From: Antedon mediterranea
Lineage: Eukaryota > Animalia > Echinodermata
Length of the DNA: 64,000 bases
Assembly (NCBI RefSeq): GCF_964355755.1
Contig: NC_092678.1
Span: 7,580,422 to 7,644,421 of the forward strand
Direction: 5' to 3'
The notes beneath the pieces were generated by a model. That model searched no databases, was not told the DNA's origin, and was given only the letters and a program-made list of their open reading frames with translations. A program made the translations under genes and the position numbers. Shown piece after piece: positions 53,878-64,000 of this stretch; the first letter of the stretch is position 1; each line of letters starts with the position of its first letter.

Positions 53878-54999
53878 CTACAAAAAGTAGTTTACTACAA
53901 CTTAGATAAACAGTACTCATTATTTTTTAACATTCACCAAAGAGTATCACCTAAAATAAAAATGTCTCAATGAGCTATTCTTCACATGATTATTAAATAA
54001 AAATAATAATGGATGGGACTTATATAGCGCATTATGCAAAGCCTCAATACGCTTAACAAATATTAACACGTATAGTACAGTATAAACTTGAATAATGAAC
54101 ACTACACTCCATAAAACACCTAAATAAATTTTTGTCATTTGACTGGACAATTGTGGGTCATATGGCGTGAAATTGTATATGCACTATTTAACGTTTGTCA
54201 TATATGCCAAAAAAATGTCATGACCACTATTACTGTGATGTTGGACGTGAAATCCAACTGCGCCGCTTATATTCATACACATTGAAAATATGTATTGAAT
54301 TTTTTGAAAGATACCTGTACACATCAAAAAAGCATAAATTAGCTTAGAGTGTTTGTATGATTTTGATCAATTAATATAAGACATGGAATCTCTGGAAAAA
54401 AAAAAGAATTAGCCTAGGCAGTTCCAGTTGCCTGGCGAAGTTTTGTAATGGTATATCGCTGCCTTTCTAGCCTAAATCTAGCTAGGCCTAGGATTGATTG
54501 GTCGTTCGTTGGCATAATTATAACTACAGTAGGTGTGCTTATAAAATCCAAATAATTATAATCTTTAATGTATTATAAAAAACCAAATACCTTATTATTA
54601 TTATCTTACAATGTAAATATGTTACAAAAAAATAAATGTTACTGTTTCAATGTGAATCAAATCTCTGTGCCTGAAATCTCTGTGCCTCATGGCGTTGCTT
54701 TATTATGTTGTCAAATCGGATTTGAAAGTTGTTACAATTTACTGAAAAATTATTACTTTTATGTTGAACCAAAAAAATACATACACATTTGGTATAAATA
54801 CCTTTAGTGAGTTTCATTGATATACTGTCAACTTCTTCAAACTACTGTTTGGAATGGTCTGTACAGTCTTGGAGACGTTGTGTAGCGCCACCAGTCGTCC
54901 TGTTGTTGAATGATTAGTTAAGGTCCTATGTAAAGCACCTAGAGGGGTCAGTGATCCATTAGGCGCTATATAAATACTGTTTATTATTATTATTATTAT

Positions 55000-56010
55000 C
55001 TGAGATTCCATAAATGTATGGGATGCCAATGTGTGCTATCATCCTATCTGTTTGTTTACCTTGAATTTGTTCAGGTTTCTTTTCTAACGTTTTCGTTTTA
55101 TTCAAAACTCTGTCCACCCTCCATTTAGGATAGTTACAGCTTTCCAAGGCTTTTCTAATATGTTTCAGCTCTTTTTCTTCTTTCTCACTCAATTGTGTCT
55201 GTTCTATTGACTAATGTGTTAACCATGCTTAATTTATGTTCTAGTGGATGATTGGAGTTAAAATTTAAGTATTGTCCGTGTTTGTTGGTTTTCAGTATAC
55301 CTTAGTTGCGAAAGTTCCGTCTTGTTTAATTTTGATCATCATGTACGTCTAAGAATGCTACAGTATTTCCTTTCTAGACATATTTCTGTGGGGAACTTGA
55401 TGTTGTTGGATGGGTCGATGCTATCTAAGTACCGGTTCAGAAGTAAGGGCGCATCTTTGTCTACGATGGCAAACACATCGTCCACATAGTGTCTAAAAAA
55501 TCTGGGTTTATATTTTACTCTGCGCTCCCGATAGCTTCTTCTGCAAACCATTCTAGATAGATATTTGCTATAGAGGAAAATCGGTGATCCCATTGCAATT
55601 CCTTCATGTAGTTTAGATATCTGTTGTTGAAATAAGAAATATGTCGCATGAATGAGTTTGATGGATGAGGTCAATAACATCTTCCACTGTGATCTTCGTT
55701 CTCTGGTTTAATGTTGTGTCTTTTTTCAAGTTTGTTCTCACTACTTCCAGAGTTTGGTTTGTAGGAGCTTTTGTAAATAGGGAAACAACATCAAAATGAG
55801 ACCCTCACTTCATTCTCCATCATTATAACCTATTTTAAATCGTCTACCATTTCTTTTGAGTTATTTAGTACTTCCTATCACTTGGAAACGTGATAGAAAA
55901 CAGAATTAATGTTATCCACAATTGGTGTGAGTGGCCAGTCGGGTTTGTAAATTTTGTGTAAGCAGTAAATTCTAGGCAGTACTGTATTTCAGCAATAGGT
56001 TACATCACAT
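55000..56010 (-). mobile_element. Degenerate Penelope-like element (RT region)
   Basis: FDVVSLFT, GIAMGSP, RHYVDDVF, NIKF, HPLEHK and ELKHIRKALESCNYP motifs, with frameshifts. Confidence 0.8.
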
Positions 56011-56219
56011 TTTTGTTTCCATTATCAACAACAAGACGACTGGTGGTGGTACACAGCGTCTCCAAGACTGTATGTCAATGAAACTTCACTAAACGTATTC
56101 ATACAAATTGTGTATGTATTTTTTTAGTTCAACATTAAAGTAATAATTTTCCAATTAATTATATTCAGAACCAGATGAATTTATTTAATGTTATAATAAT
56201 GTTTAAAAAAAACACTTAC

Positions 56220-56456
56220 AGATGACAACTTTAAAACTACAGTTTCCTGTATTACCATCAGTATCCATAACAGAACAAGTAACATCAGTTGAACCAACAT
56301 TAAATAATGAACCAGAAGGTGGAGTACAAGTAGATGACAGACCAGTATCAACATTGTCAGTGACAGAGGGGTCATCCCAGATCACTTCCACTTGGTCAGC
56401 AGTGTATGAATCTTTTTCAATATTTTCTGGACAGCTCATAATGGGGGCATTAATAT
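56220..56456 (-). CDS. Gene A exon: HYR domain
   Basis: 237 nt, phase 1-1; DINAPIMSCPEN...WDDPSVTDNVD...GSTDVTCSVMDTDGNTGNCSFKV. Confidence 0.92.
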
Positions 56457-57838
56457 CTACAATAAAAATACAGAATACTGTAGACCACCTTCATTGGGAC
56501 ACCGATGGCGCAATATATGCCTTAACACAAAACCAACGCCTACTAAGGGGACACCCTAGAAGACACTTTCGGGCATTCTAAATGTTTGATTTAACTACTA
56601 AAGGCGACAATATTTTTTTTTCCATCACAAAAATAAAAAAGACCAAAATAATTATATTCATTTAGATGGTTATTAATACAATACAATTGTGCTTCTACTA
56701 CTCCCCTTTGTATTGCCAAATTTCGACATTCATTTTCCTCTTAAATTTGTACTTTAAAAGAATGGACTTTTAAGGAGGTTGTGGTGTTTGGGGCCAGGAG
56801 CAAAAATAAAGTTGACTAATTGCCCAGGAATTCCCCTTTTACACCACGCATAATTAAATGCCAGCTGCAGAAGATACTAGGGCTATAATAAGGTTACATA
56901 AAAAAATCAGATAATTCCTGTTGCACCTAATCCTCTAAAAATATTGAAGTTTATGGGTTTTGATTATACCAAATGAAAACACTACCCATTCATTCAGCAG
57001 TGAATGTCTGTCCATACTCAACCAGTCAATTTCAGTACTTTCAGTTTTCTAAAAAATACTTGAACGCATACAATTTCCACCAATAACAATATATTAAACC
57101 CTAATCAAATTGGATTTGCAAAACCATAGAGTTAACTGTACCTCTTCAATTAACAAATAGTATTTTAAAAGTCTGCCATTGGTATCTTTAATATTGATCT
57201 CCTGTCTTTTGACACTATCAACCGCTTCTACTTGATACAATTTACAGAAGTCTTTTCTTTTCAATTAGATTAAATCTATATATATATATAAACATTTTTG
57301 ACTTTGCTTTGTTTTATTCTTTCCTAATAACTCTATGACTGTCTCCCGTTTGTCTTTATCCATTCTCATCAATCTATGTGTTTCGTCTCCCCAGTTTCCT
57401 GTTCAAAGTATATTTGTTAAGTATTTAAATACATTCTGTAAAGCTTTTGTTTTCTGGGATTTTAGCCCCTCTTAACTTGGTAAATTTGATTATTATCCTT
57501 GAATAAAACAGAAAAACGGTAACTTGATTGATTGATATCAGAGCCCCCTGTGAAAGCCTTATTTATGCCATAATTAACAATTTACATTTTTTATGATTTC
57601 TGTCTTAACATGGTTGGAAGAAAATAAAGCAGAAAAGCATTCATTTAATCCACAGTCACATATTTGAGTGCTCAGACATGTAAGAGTAGTATTAAAACAG
57701 CCATTTAAATAAAAGCAATGGATACATTTAAATATTTTTAACCTCTACAGCTTGTTGTAGTTGCTAAGAATGACTAAAACTCAAAATGTGTAAATATATT
57801 GAAGCAATTAATTTTATGTCAAACATGCCAGTACTTAC

Positions 57839-58069
57839 TGATAATAATAACTTTAAAAATACAGCTCCCTCTATTCCCTTCTGAATCCATACTAGAACAG
57901 GTAACATCAGTTGAACCAGCATCAAATGATGAACCAGAAGGTGGAGTACAAGTAGCTGACAGACTATCAACATTGTCAGTGACAGTGACACCCCAGGTCA
58001 CTGTAACTTGGTTCAAGTTTGTCACTTGAAATTGGTCATTAGGACATAAAACATTCGGGTTCTCATTGT
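57839..58069 (-). CDS. Gene A exon: HYR domain
   Basis: 231 nt, phase 1-1; DNENPNVLCPND...VTDNVD...CTPPSGSSFDAGSTDVTCSSMDSEGNRGSCIFKV. Confidence 0.92.
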
Positions 58070-58175
58070 CTAGGAAACAAAATAGCATAGCATCACTGTT
58101 ACAAACGATTAAACTGGTTGTTTAAGTCTATCAAAAAATATTGTGTTAAACACACATACATATATATACATATAT

Positions 58176-58955
58176 AAATCATACTGTAAGTTATAGAAAC
58201 AGTGCTAATATTCGGAACATGATCTCATAATCGCGTCGAGCATAGCTCATTGGCAAAAGTTCCATATTTTTTAGATTCGAACCTGCAACCTCTCACTTAC
58301 AGGGCGAGTATCATACCACTAAACCACAGAGCCATATATGGTATTATCACAGATTTTCACCCACCAGATACATTCTCTAATACAACAAACGCCCTCACAA
58401 TTAGTGGAGGCTTAACAAGTCAGAATGAATTCCAACTTTAATTGCAATGGTTTTTAAAATAATATTGTGTATATGTAAATCAAGTGTGTTGCGTAGCACT
58501 GTGTAAATTATAAATAAATCATACTGTAAGTTATAGAAACAGTGCTAATATTCGGAACATGATCTCATAATCGCGTCGAGCATAGCTCATTGGCAAAAGT
58601 TCCATATTTTTTAGATTCGAACCTGCAACCTCTCACTTACAGGGCGAGTATCATACCACTAAACCACAGAGCCATATATGGCATTATCACAGATTTTCAC
58701 CCACCAGATACATTCTCTAATACAACAAACGCCCTCACAATTAGTGGAGGCTTAACAAGTCAGAATGAATTCCAACTTTAATTGCAACGGTTTTAAAAAT
58801 AATATTGTGTATATGTAAATCAAGTGTGTTGCGTAGCACTGTGTAAATTATAAATAAATCAAACTGTAAGTTATAGAAACAGTGCTCATATTCGGAACAT
58901 GATCTCATAATCGCGTCGAGCATAGCTCATTGGCGAAAGTTCCGTATTTTTAAGA
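58176..58955. repeat. 340-bp tandem repeat (~2.3 copies), each full unit carrying a truncated tRNA-Pro-like head on the minus strand
   Basis: Units start at about 58176, 58516 and 58856; GGCTCTGTGGTTTAGTGGTATGATACTCGC...GGTTCGAATC. Confidence 0.85.
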
Positions 58956-59294
58956 TACAAAGTTAATCCCCCCCCCCCCAATATAAATGACAAATCAATG
59001 AGTAAGATAAACAGGAAAGATTTAAATAACAGTAGTAATGCATGTAATATTAGAATATGACTTTTGTGTACTGTAAGTAGTGTTTTATATAACTTACTAT
59101 TTGACCGTTTAGGACTTCTTAGCTAATTTGTAAAAAGTAATAACAGCAATACTTGAATACATTAGATAGTTTTGTTGTCTTTATTCATAAGGTTCATTTA
59201 CTTCATAAGATGCATTCCATCACTAAATAAGCAAATTATTATTACAGGCTTTTATAGAATATAAATATCATTGAAAAACAATTGATATACTTAC

Positions 59295-59582
59295 GTTTCA
59301 CGGTAACTGTAAACTCGCAGATATCTATATCATTACCAAAGTACCTGTAGTATCTACTTCCCTGCCAGCACTTTTCCCTGTAAACACTATTCCTAGCAGA
59401 ACAAGTGACATTAGTTGAACCAACATTAAATGATGAGCCAGAAGGTGGAATACAAGTAATCACCACGTCATCATCAACATATTTCTGAGTGGGGTCATTC
59501 CAAGTAATTATAGTTTGGTCTGTGTTTGAATTTTCTTCAATGTTACCTGGGCAGGACAGTCTGACGTAACTTGATACAACAT
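59295..59582 (-). CDS. Gene A exon: atypical HYR domain with insertion
   Basis: 288 nt, phase 1-1; LSCPGNIEEN...TWNDP...TCIPPSGSSFNVGSTNVTCSARNSVYREKCWQGSRYYRYFGNDIDICEFTVTV. Confidence 0.85.
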
Positions 59583-59659
59583 CTACAAGAACAAAGATAT
59601 ATTCAAACTTTAAATAAGGTATGCATTAAGATATGGATAGTAAGCATTACATGATTGAA

Positions 59660-60108
59660 AAGTTGATAAAATACTAGAAAAGGCTGGAAAAACAAATTAC
59701 GACAAAAAAATTGTTTTTGCGCTTGGGAATTTATGAAATGCTCAAAATGACATGAAACGCGTAGAAAGTTGATTAGAAGTTGATTTTTCGTATTATGAAA
59801 TTTTAAACACGTGTGCGCGCGTAACTTTCTGTGAAACATGCCATTTTTAATCTATAGAAAGCTTGCCCTTGATATGACTTAAATTTTCACCAAGTTTCAA
59901 TACAAAGTGACTTTTGGTTTTTAATCTATGATCAATCATTGAAATGTCACGTTGCGCAACTCTAACATCATACAACCAAGTTTCTTGCACATCCACATCT
60001 ACAGGTCAATCTTATGACAAAGTTATACGCTGCCAACAAAATTCGAGGAAAGAAAGAATAACATAGGAAAAAAAAGATCCTGATAATAACAAGGGGTTAT
60101 CTGCCAAT
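59660..60108 (+). mobile_element. 3' fragment of a HINE-like element related to 5249-6820
   Basis: Shares ACTAGAAAAGGCTGGAAAAAC, GACATGAAACGCGTAGAAAGTTGATTAGAA and GTCACGTTGCGCAA. Confidence 0.6.
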
Positions 60109-60130
60109 TTCTCTACAGTATCTTCATTAT

Positions 60131-63100
60131 TTACTTGTTTACTTACTTACTTGTTTACTTGTTTCCGGAGCTCAGCAATGCTGGGTCCGGAGTCGAGGCT
60201 AGGCTATGCCTATAAGCCCCTCTTGATAATTACATCAACTCTTTAATATGGCGCAAATTTAAGAGGGTGGTTGGACCATGCCCGTTCAAGACCGGACTTA
60301 AATTGATTGGTTGATCTTGAAGCTACTACATCTTCCGATAACGAATTCCATAATATAATAGCTTTTCGACCAAATGAGTCCCTCATCCAATTTGTGCGTG
60401 AGAACTTAAATTTTAATTTAAAAGAATGACCACGTGTTCTAACATCTTCATCACGCTCAAAAAAAGAATCAGCAGAAATACTATTCACTCCATGTAAAAT
60501 TTTAAAAATCTGTATCAAATGAGCTCTTTGCCTTCTGTATGCGAGAGTAGGTAGGTTGAGAATTTTCAGCCTTTCTGAATATGGTAAATGACGAATGGAA
60601 AAAATAAGCTTGGTGGCACGTTCTTGGACTTTTTCCAATAGGTCTTCCTCCTTACAATGTAGCGAGTTAAAAACAACGTTGCAGTATTCCAAGGTCGGAC
60701 GAATAATAGCTTTATATAAACGAAGAAACCCATCCATATTTAAAAACTTGAAAGCTCGATATACCATGCCCAACTTCCGATTTGCTCTCATTGCTACATC
60801 TGCCACATGTACATTAAAAACAAGTTTAGAGTCAATAGTAACACCGAGGTCTTTTTCATGATCAACTTCATTCAATAAGAAACCACGCATGGCATACAGA
60901 TGTTTGTTGTTTTTCTTCCCAAAGTGCATTACTTTGCACTTACCCTCGTTAAAAGGTAATTGCCATTTGTCAGACCAGTCACATGCTTTCTCTAAATCTT
61001 CTTGTAGAACTTGAGCATCATTCACAGTGTTAACTACTCTATACAATTTAGTATCATCTGCAAACATGCGTACAGAGGAAGAAATAACAGAAGGTAAATC
61101 ATTTATAAACATAATGAAAAGAACAGGTCCAACGACGCTTCCTTGCGGGATACCACTACGAACATCAGCCCAATCTGAAACACATCCATTGACACTAACC
61201 CGTTGTTGTCTATCGTTAAGAAATTCTTGAAACCAGTTTAGAAGTTTACCTCTAATACCCAATGCACTCATTTTCAGAAGGAGTCTATGATGAGGCACAC
61301 TATCGAAAGCCTTCTTGTAGTCAAGGTAGATACAATCAAAACAATCCTGATTATCAAAATAAGAAAACCAGTTTTCAAGAACATCAAGTAATTGTAAAGC
61401 ACAGGAACGACCTTGCCGGAAACCAAATTGCTCATAACAAATAAGTGAGTGATGTTCAAGAAAGTCCAATAATTCCTTCCTGATAATTCTCTCCATAATT
61501 TTACCAACTACCGAAGTTAAACTCACAGGTCTATAGTTGCTTGGGTCAGACTTCACTCCTTTTTTAAAAATCGGTACCACTGTAGCCCGTTTCCAACTAT
61601 TAGGGACGGCTCCTTCTTGAAACAATTTCGTAAAAATAATATGGAGGGGGTAGCAAATGATATCCTTTAGTTCGACTAAGATGCGTGGGTGAATACCATC
61701 AGGTCCAGCTGTTTTAGTAATATTCAACGTTGATAAAATATTTAAGATTTCGTCACAAGGAAAGTCAACTTGAGATAAAAAATCCTCTGAAATGTCATCA
61801 ATAGCCGGTACATTCGAAAAATTTTCATCGACAAATACACTACTAAAAAACGTGTTTAGCAACTGAGCCTTATCCTTGTCATCAGACACATGCCTTCCAT
61901 TACTATCAGTTAAGTTGGGTATACCAGACTTTATATTGATCTGAGAACTGAGATACCTCCAAAAAGACTTTTCATTAGATTTGATCTCAATTGCTATTTT
62001 ATTTTCGAAGTCAGATTTACTACATCGAATCAGATCTACTGTTTGATTTCTTACTTGGACAAACTTCAACCATTTTGCTGACACACATACTTTTTGTTTT
62101 CTCTTGGCCTTTACATACTGTTTCCAACATTTATTTTTTTTGGCAATCTGCTTTTCAATTTTTTTGTTCATCCAAAGAGGTTTTCTTCCGTGGCAAACCT
62201 TCCTCATCGGGATACACTCATCAATATTCTTCGCAAGAATATGCTCGAATTCGTCCCACAATTGAATACCTGATTTGTCATTGAAAACCACATCCCAATC
62301 TACCAAACCAATTTTCTCGCGCAGCAAATCATAGTTACCATGCCTGTAACTTCGAATATTTGGTTCAATTCTGTCATCTCTTACAAGATCCAATGAAAAT
62401 TGTAACATCATATGGTCGCTTTTACCCAGTGGTGGAGACTGCATAATGCCATTTATAGTATTCTCTTTGTCTGTAAAAACCAGATCCAAAACATTGGGTG
62501 TTTCGCCTTCTCTGTATCTAGTAGGTTCCATAACGTGTTGAATTAAAAATAGATCGTTGATGGTGTCAAAGAAACTTCTGCTGGAATCTCCATCTTCCGA
62601 AGACACACAATTTAATTCCCAGTTAATACTTTTATAGTTAAAATCGCCGACAACGATTAAATCAGAAAAAGATGATTTATATACTTCACGGAACAATGAG
62701 TTCAGCTTGATATTATTATCCATACTACAAGTCGGGCTACGGTAAACACAACCTAATAAAAGATCCGTTTTTACTTCTTTTACTCTAACCCAAACTGACT
62801 CAACAAACTTATTCTTCTTAAAGAAAATTTGAGAAACTGAAATTCCATTTCTGACATAAATTAAAACACCACGACCAGAAGTAAAATCCTCATTCGAAAA
62901 AAATGCTTGGTAACCTTGGACACGAAATTCATTTATCAGTGGCGGGTACAAACAATGCTTTGGTAAAATCTCTGTCAATGCAATAAAATCAACTTTTTCT
63001 GAAACCAAACGGGAAAGTAACTCTGACTTCTTATTTAGAAAACCATCACAATTTGAGTACCAAAAGTTAAATTTCTGATTGGAAAACGTACTTTCTTTTA

Positions 63101-63279
63101 AATTAGAGAACTTTCTGTTTTTATTTTCTTTATTGGTAACGAAAAAGCTTCACAATCTTCCCACTTCGGATAACTATGTCTTTCTCACCTGCATCTAATC
63201 GCGTTTTTAATTCACCTTTTAACTTAGTGAATGCTTCTCTTTCTTTCATGGTTCTATCATTACTAACAGCAAAACCCTT
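60131..63279 (-). mobile_element. 5'-truncated CR1-clade LINE (ORF1 C-terminus, intact ORF2, 3' UTR, (AACAAGTA)n tail)
   Basis: ORF1 end ...DIVIRSGKIVKLFRYQ* at 63130-63279 and an octamer tail at 60131-60165. Confidence 0.92.
60243..63149 (-). CDS. LINE ORF2: APE endonuclease + reverse transcriptase
   Basis: Stop-free from 63149 to 60243; WYSNCDG, ALTE, VYRSP, GDFN, SDH, NYRPVSL, LDYKKAFD, GIPQGS, FADDTK, TRGH. Confidence 0.95.
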   Translation of the reverse strand, partial: SFFVTNKENKNRKFSNLKESTFSNQKFNFWYSNCDGFLNKKSELLSRLVSEKVDFIALTEILPKHCLYPPLINEFRVQGYQAFFSNEDFTSGRGVLIYVRNGISVSQIFFKKNKFVESVWVRVKEVKTDLLLGCVYRSPTCSMDNNIKLNSLFREVYKSSFSDLIVVGDFNYKSINWELNCVSSEDGDSSRSFFDTINDLFLIQHVMEPTRYREGETPNVLDLVFTDKENTINGIMQSPPLGKSDHMMLQFSLDLVRDDRIEPNIRSYRHGNYDLLREKIGLVDWDVVFNDKSGIQLWDEFEHILAKNIDECIPMRKVCHGRKPLWMNKKIEKQIAKKNKCWKQYVKAKRKQKVCVSAKWLKFVQVRNQTVDLIRCSKSDFENKIAIEIKSNEKSFWRYLSSQINIKSGIPNLTDSNGRHVSDDKDKAQLLNTFFSSVFVDENFSNVPAIDDISEDFLSQVDFPCDEILNILSTLNITKTAGPDGIHPRILVELKDIICYPLHIIFTKLFQEGAVPNSWKRATVVPIFKKGVKSDPSNYRPVSLTSVVGKIMERIIRKELLDFLEHHSLICYEQFGFRQGRSCALQLLDVLENWFSYFDNQDCFDCIYLDYKKAFDSVPHHRLLLKMSALGIRGKLLNWFQEFLNDRQQRVSVNGCVSDWADVRSGIPQGSVVGPVLFIMFINDLPSVISSSVRMFADDTKLYRVVNTVNDAQVLQEDLEKACDWSDKWQLPFNEGKCKVMHFGKKNNKHLYAMRGFLLNEVDHEKDLGVTIDSKLVFNVHVADVAMRANRKLGMVYRAFKFLNMDGFLRLYKAIIRPTLEYCNVVFNSLHCKEEDLLEKVQERATKLIFSIRHLPYSERLKILNLPTLAYRRQRAHLIQIFKILHGVNSISADSFFERDEDVRTRGHSFKLKFKFSRTNWMRDSFGRKAIILWNSLSEDVVASRSTNQFKSGLERAWSNHPLKFAPY

Positions 63280-63960
63280 TTGATAATATTATCAAATATT
63301 ACAGAAGATTGGATAAATGATATTGATTGTGGGAAGTATATTGGTTTAGTCATGCTTGATCTGAAAAAAGCTTTTGATACGGTAGACCATACCATACTTA
63401 TAGACAAACTTAAATCATTTAACTTAGATGTCTCTATTATAAATTGGTTTAAAGACTATCTTTGTGATCGCAAGTAAATGGTGTCCGATCAGATAAATGC
63501 TATAGTAATTGTGGAATCCCCCAAGGATCAATTTTGGGACCACTCTTATTTATACTTTATGTAAATGATCTACCAAAGTAACTATTGTAATATTGTGTGG
63601 GGCAGATCAAATAAAAAAAATACTAATAAACTACAAATGCTACAAAACAGAGCAGCCAAAATTATTACAAAAACAAGGAAATACGACTCAAGTACACAAA
63701 CCCTGCAAAACTTAAACTGGATAAATCTTAATACTCAACTACATAATAATGAAGCCAAAATGTTATATAAAATATTCCATAATCAAGTACCACCATATCT
63801 AAATGAACTATTTACACCCAAACTAGACACATACAATACAAGATCAAATTGGATAAACCCAAAACAGAATATAAAAAAAAAAGTTTTCATATCATGGTGC
63901 TAGTTTATAGAATACTCTAAAAAAAAACAATGCAAAATGCCACAAATTCTTTAAAAAAAT
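63280..63960 (+). mobile_element. Degenerate LINE RT fragment (L2/CR1 group)
   Basis: [25 protein letters not shown] and LQMLQNRAAKII, with stops and deletions. Confidence 0.8.
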
Positions 63961-64000
63961 TATTGGTGTGATTTATTATTTATTTTGTACTCTTAGCATA

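Noticed and set aside
51769-58029. Plus-strand ORFs overlapping HYR exons
   Set aside because: Antisense shadows of the real minus-strand exons.

Overview
AT-rich eukaryotic (invertebrate, probably echinoderm/deuterostome-like; the taxon is an inference) genomic DNA, mostly intron and repeat. Two parts of spliced minus-strand genes can be rebuilt from GT-AG boundaries, almost all symmetric phase-1 exons. Gene A (3' part, 59.6-51.4 kb) has five HYR (hyalin repeat) exons followed by a putative transmembrane exon. Gene B (5' part, 21.6-7.7 kb, probably continuing off the left edge) reads signal peptide-MAM-SRCR-EGF-EGF-F-type lectin (non-canonical)-HYR-HYR. A second, paralogous 73-nt signal-peptide exon lies at 38.8 kb with no domain exons of its own. 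The introns and intergenic DNA hold a nested stack of Helentron-like (HINE) elements, long-TIR foldback elements, TTAA- and TA-flanked MITEs, a CR1-type LINE with an intact ORF2, L2 and Penelope relics, tRNA-derived SINEs and minisatellites. Highlights are a minimal hammerhead-ribozyme insertion that duplicated the SRCR splice acceptor, a UUU-CGU candidate +1 frameshift site linking LINE ORF1 to an AUG-less ORF2, and visible transposon excision footprints. All calls were made by eye; no database searches were run.
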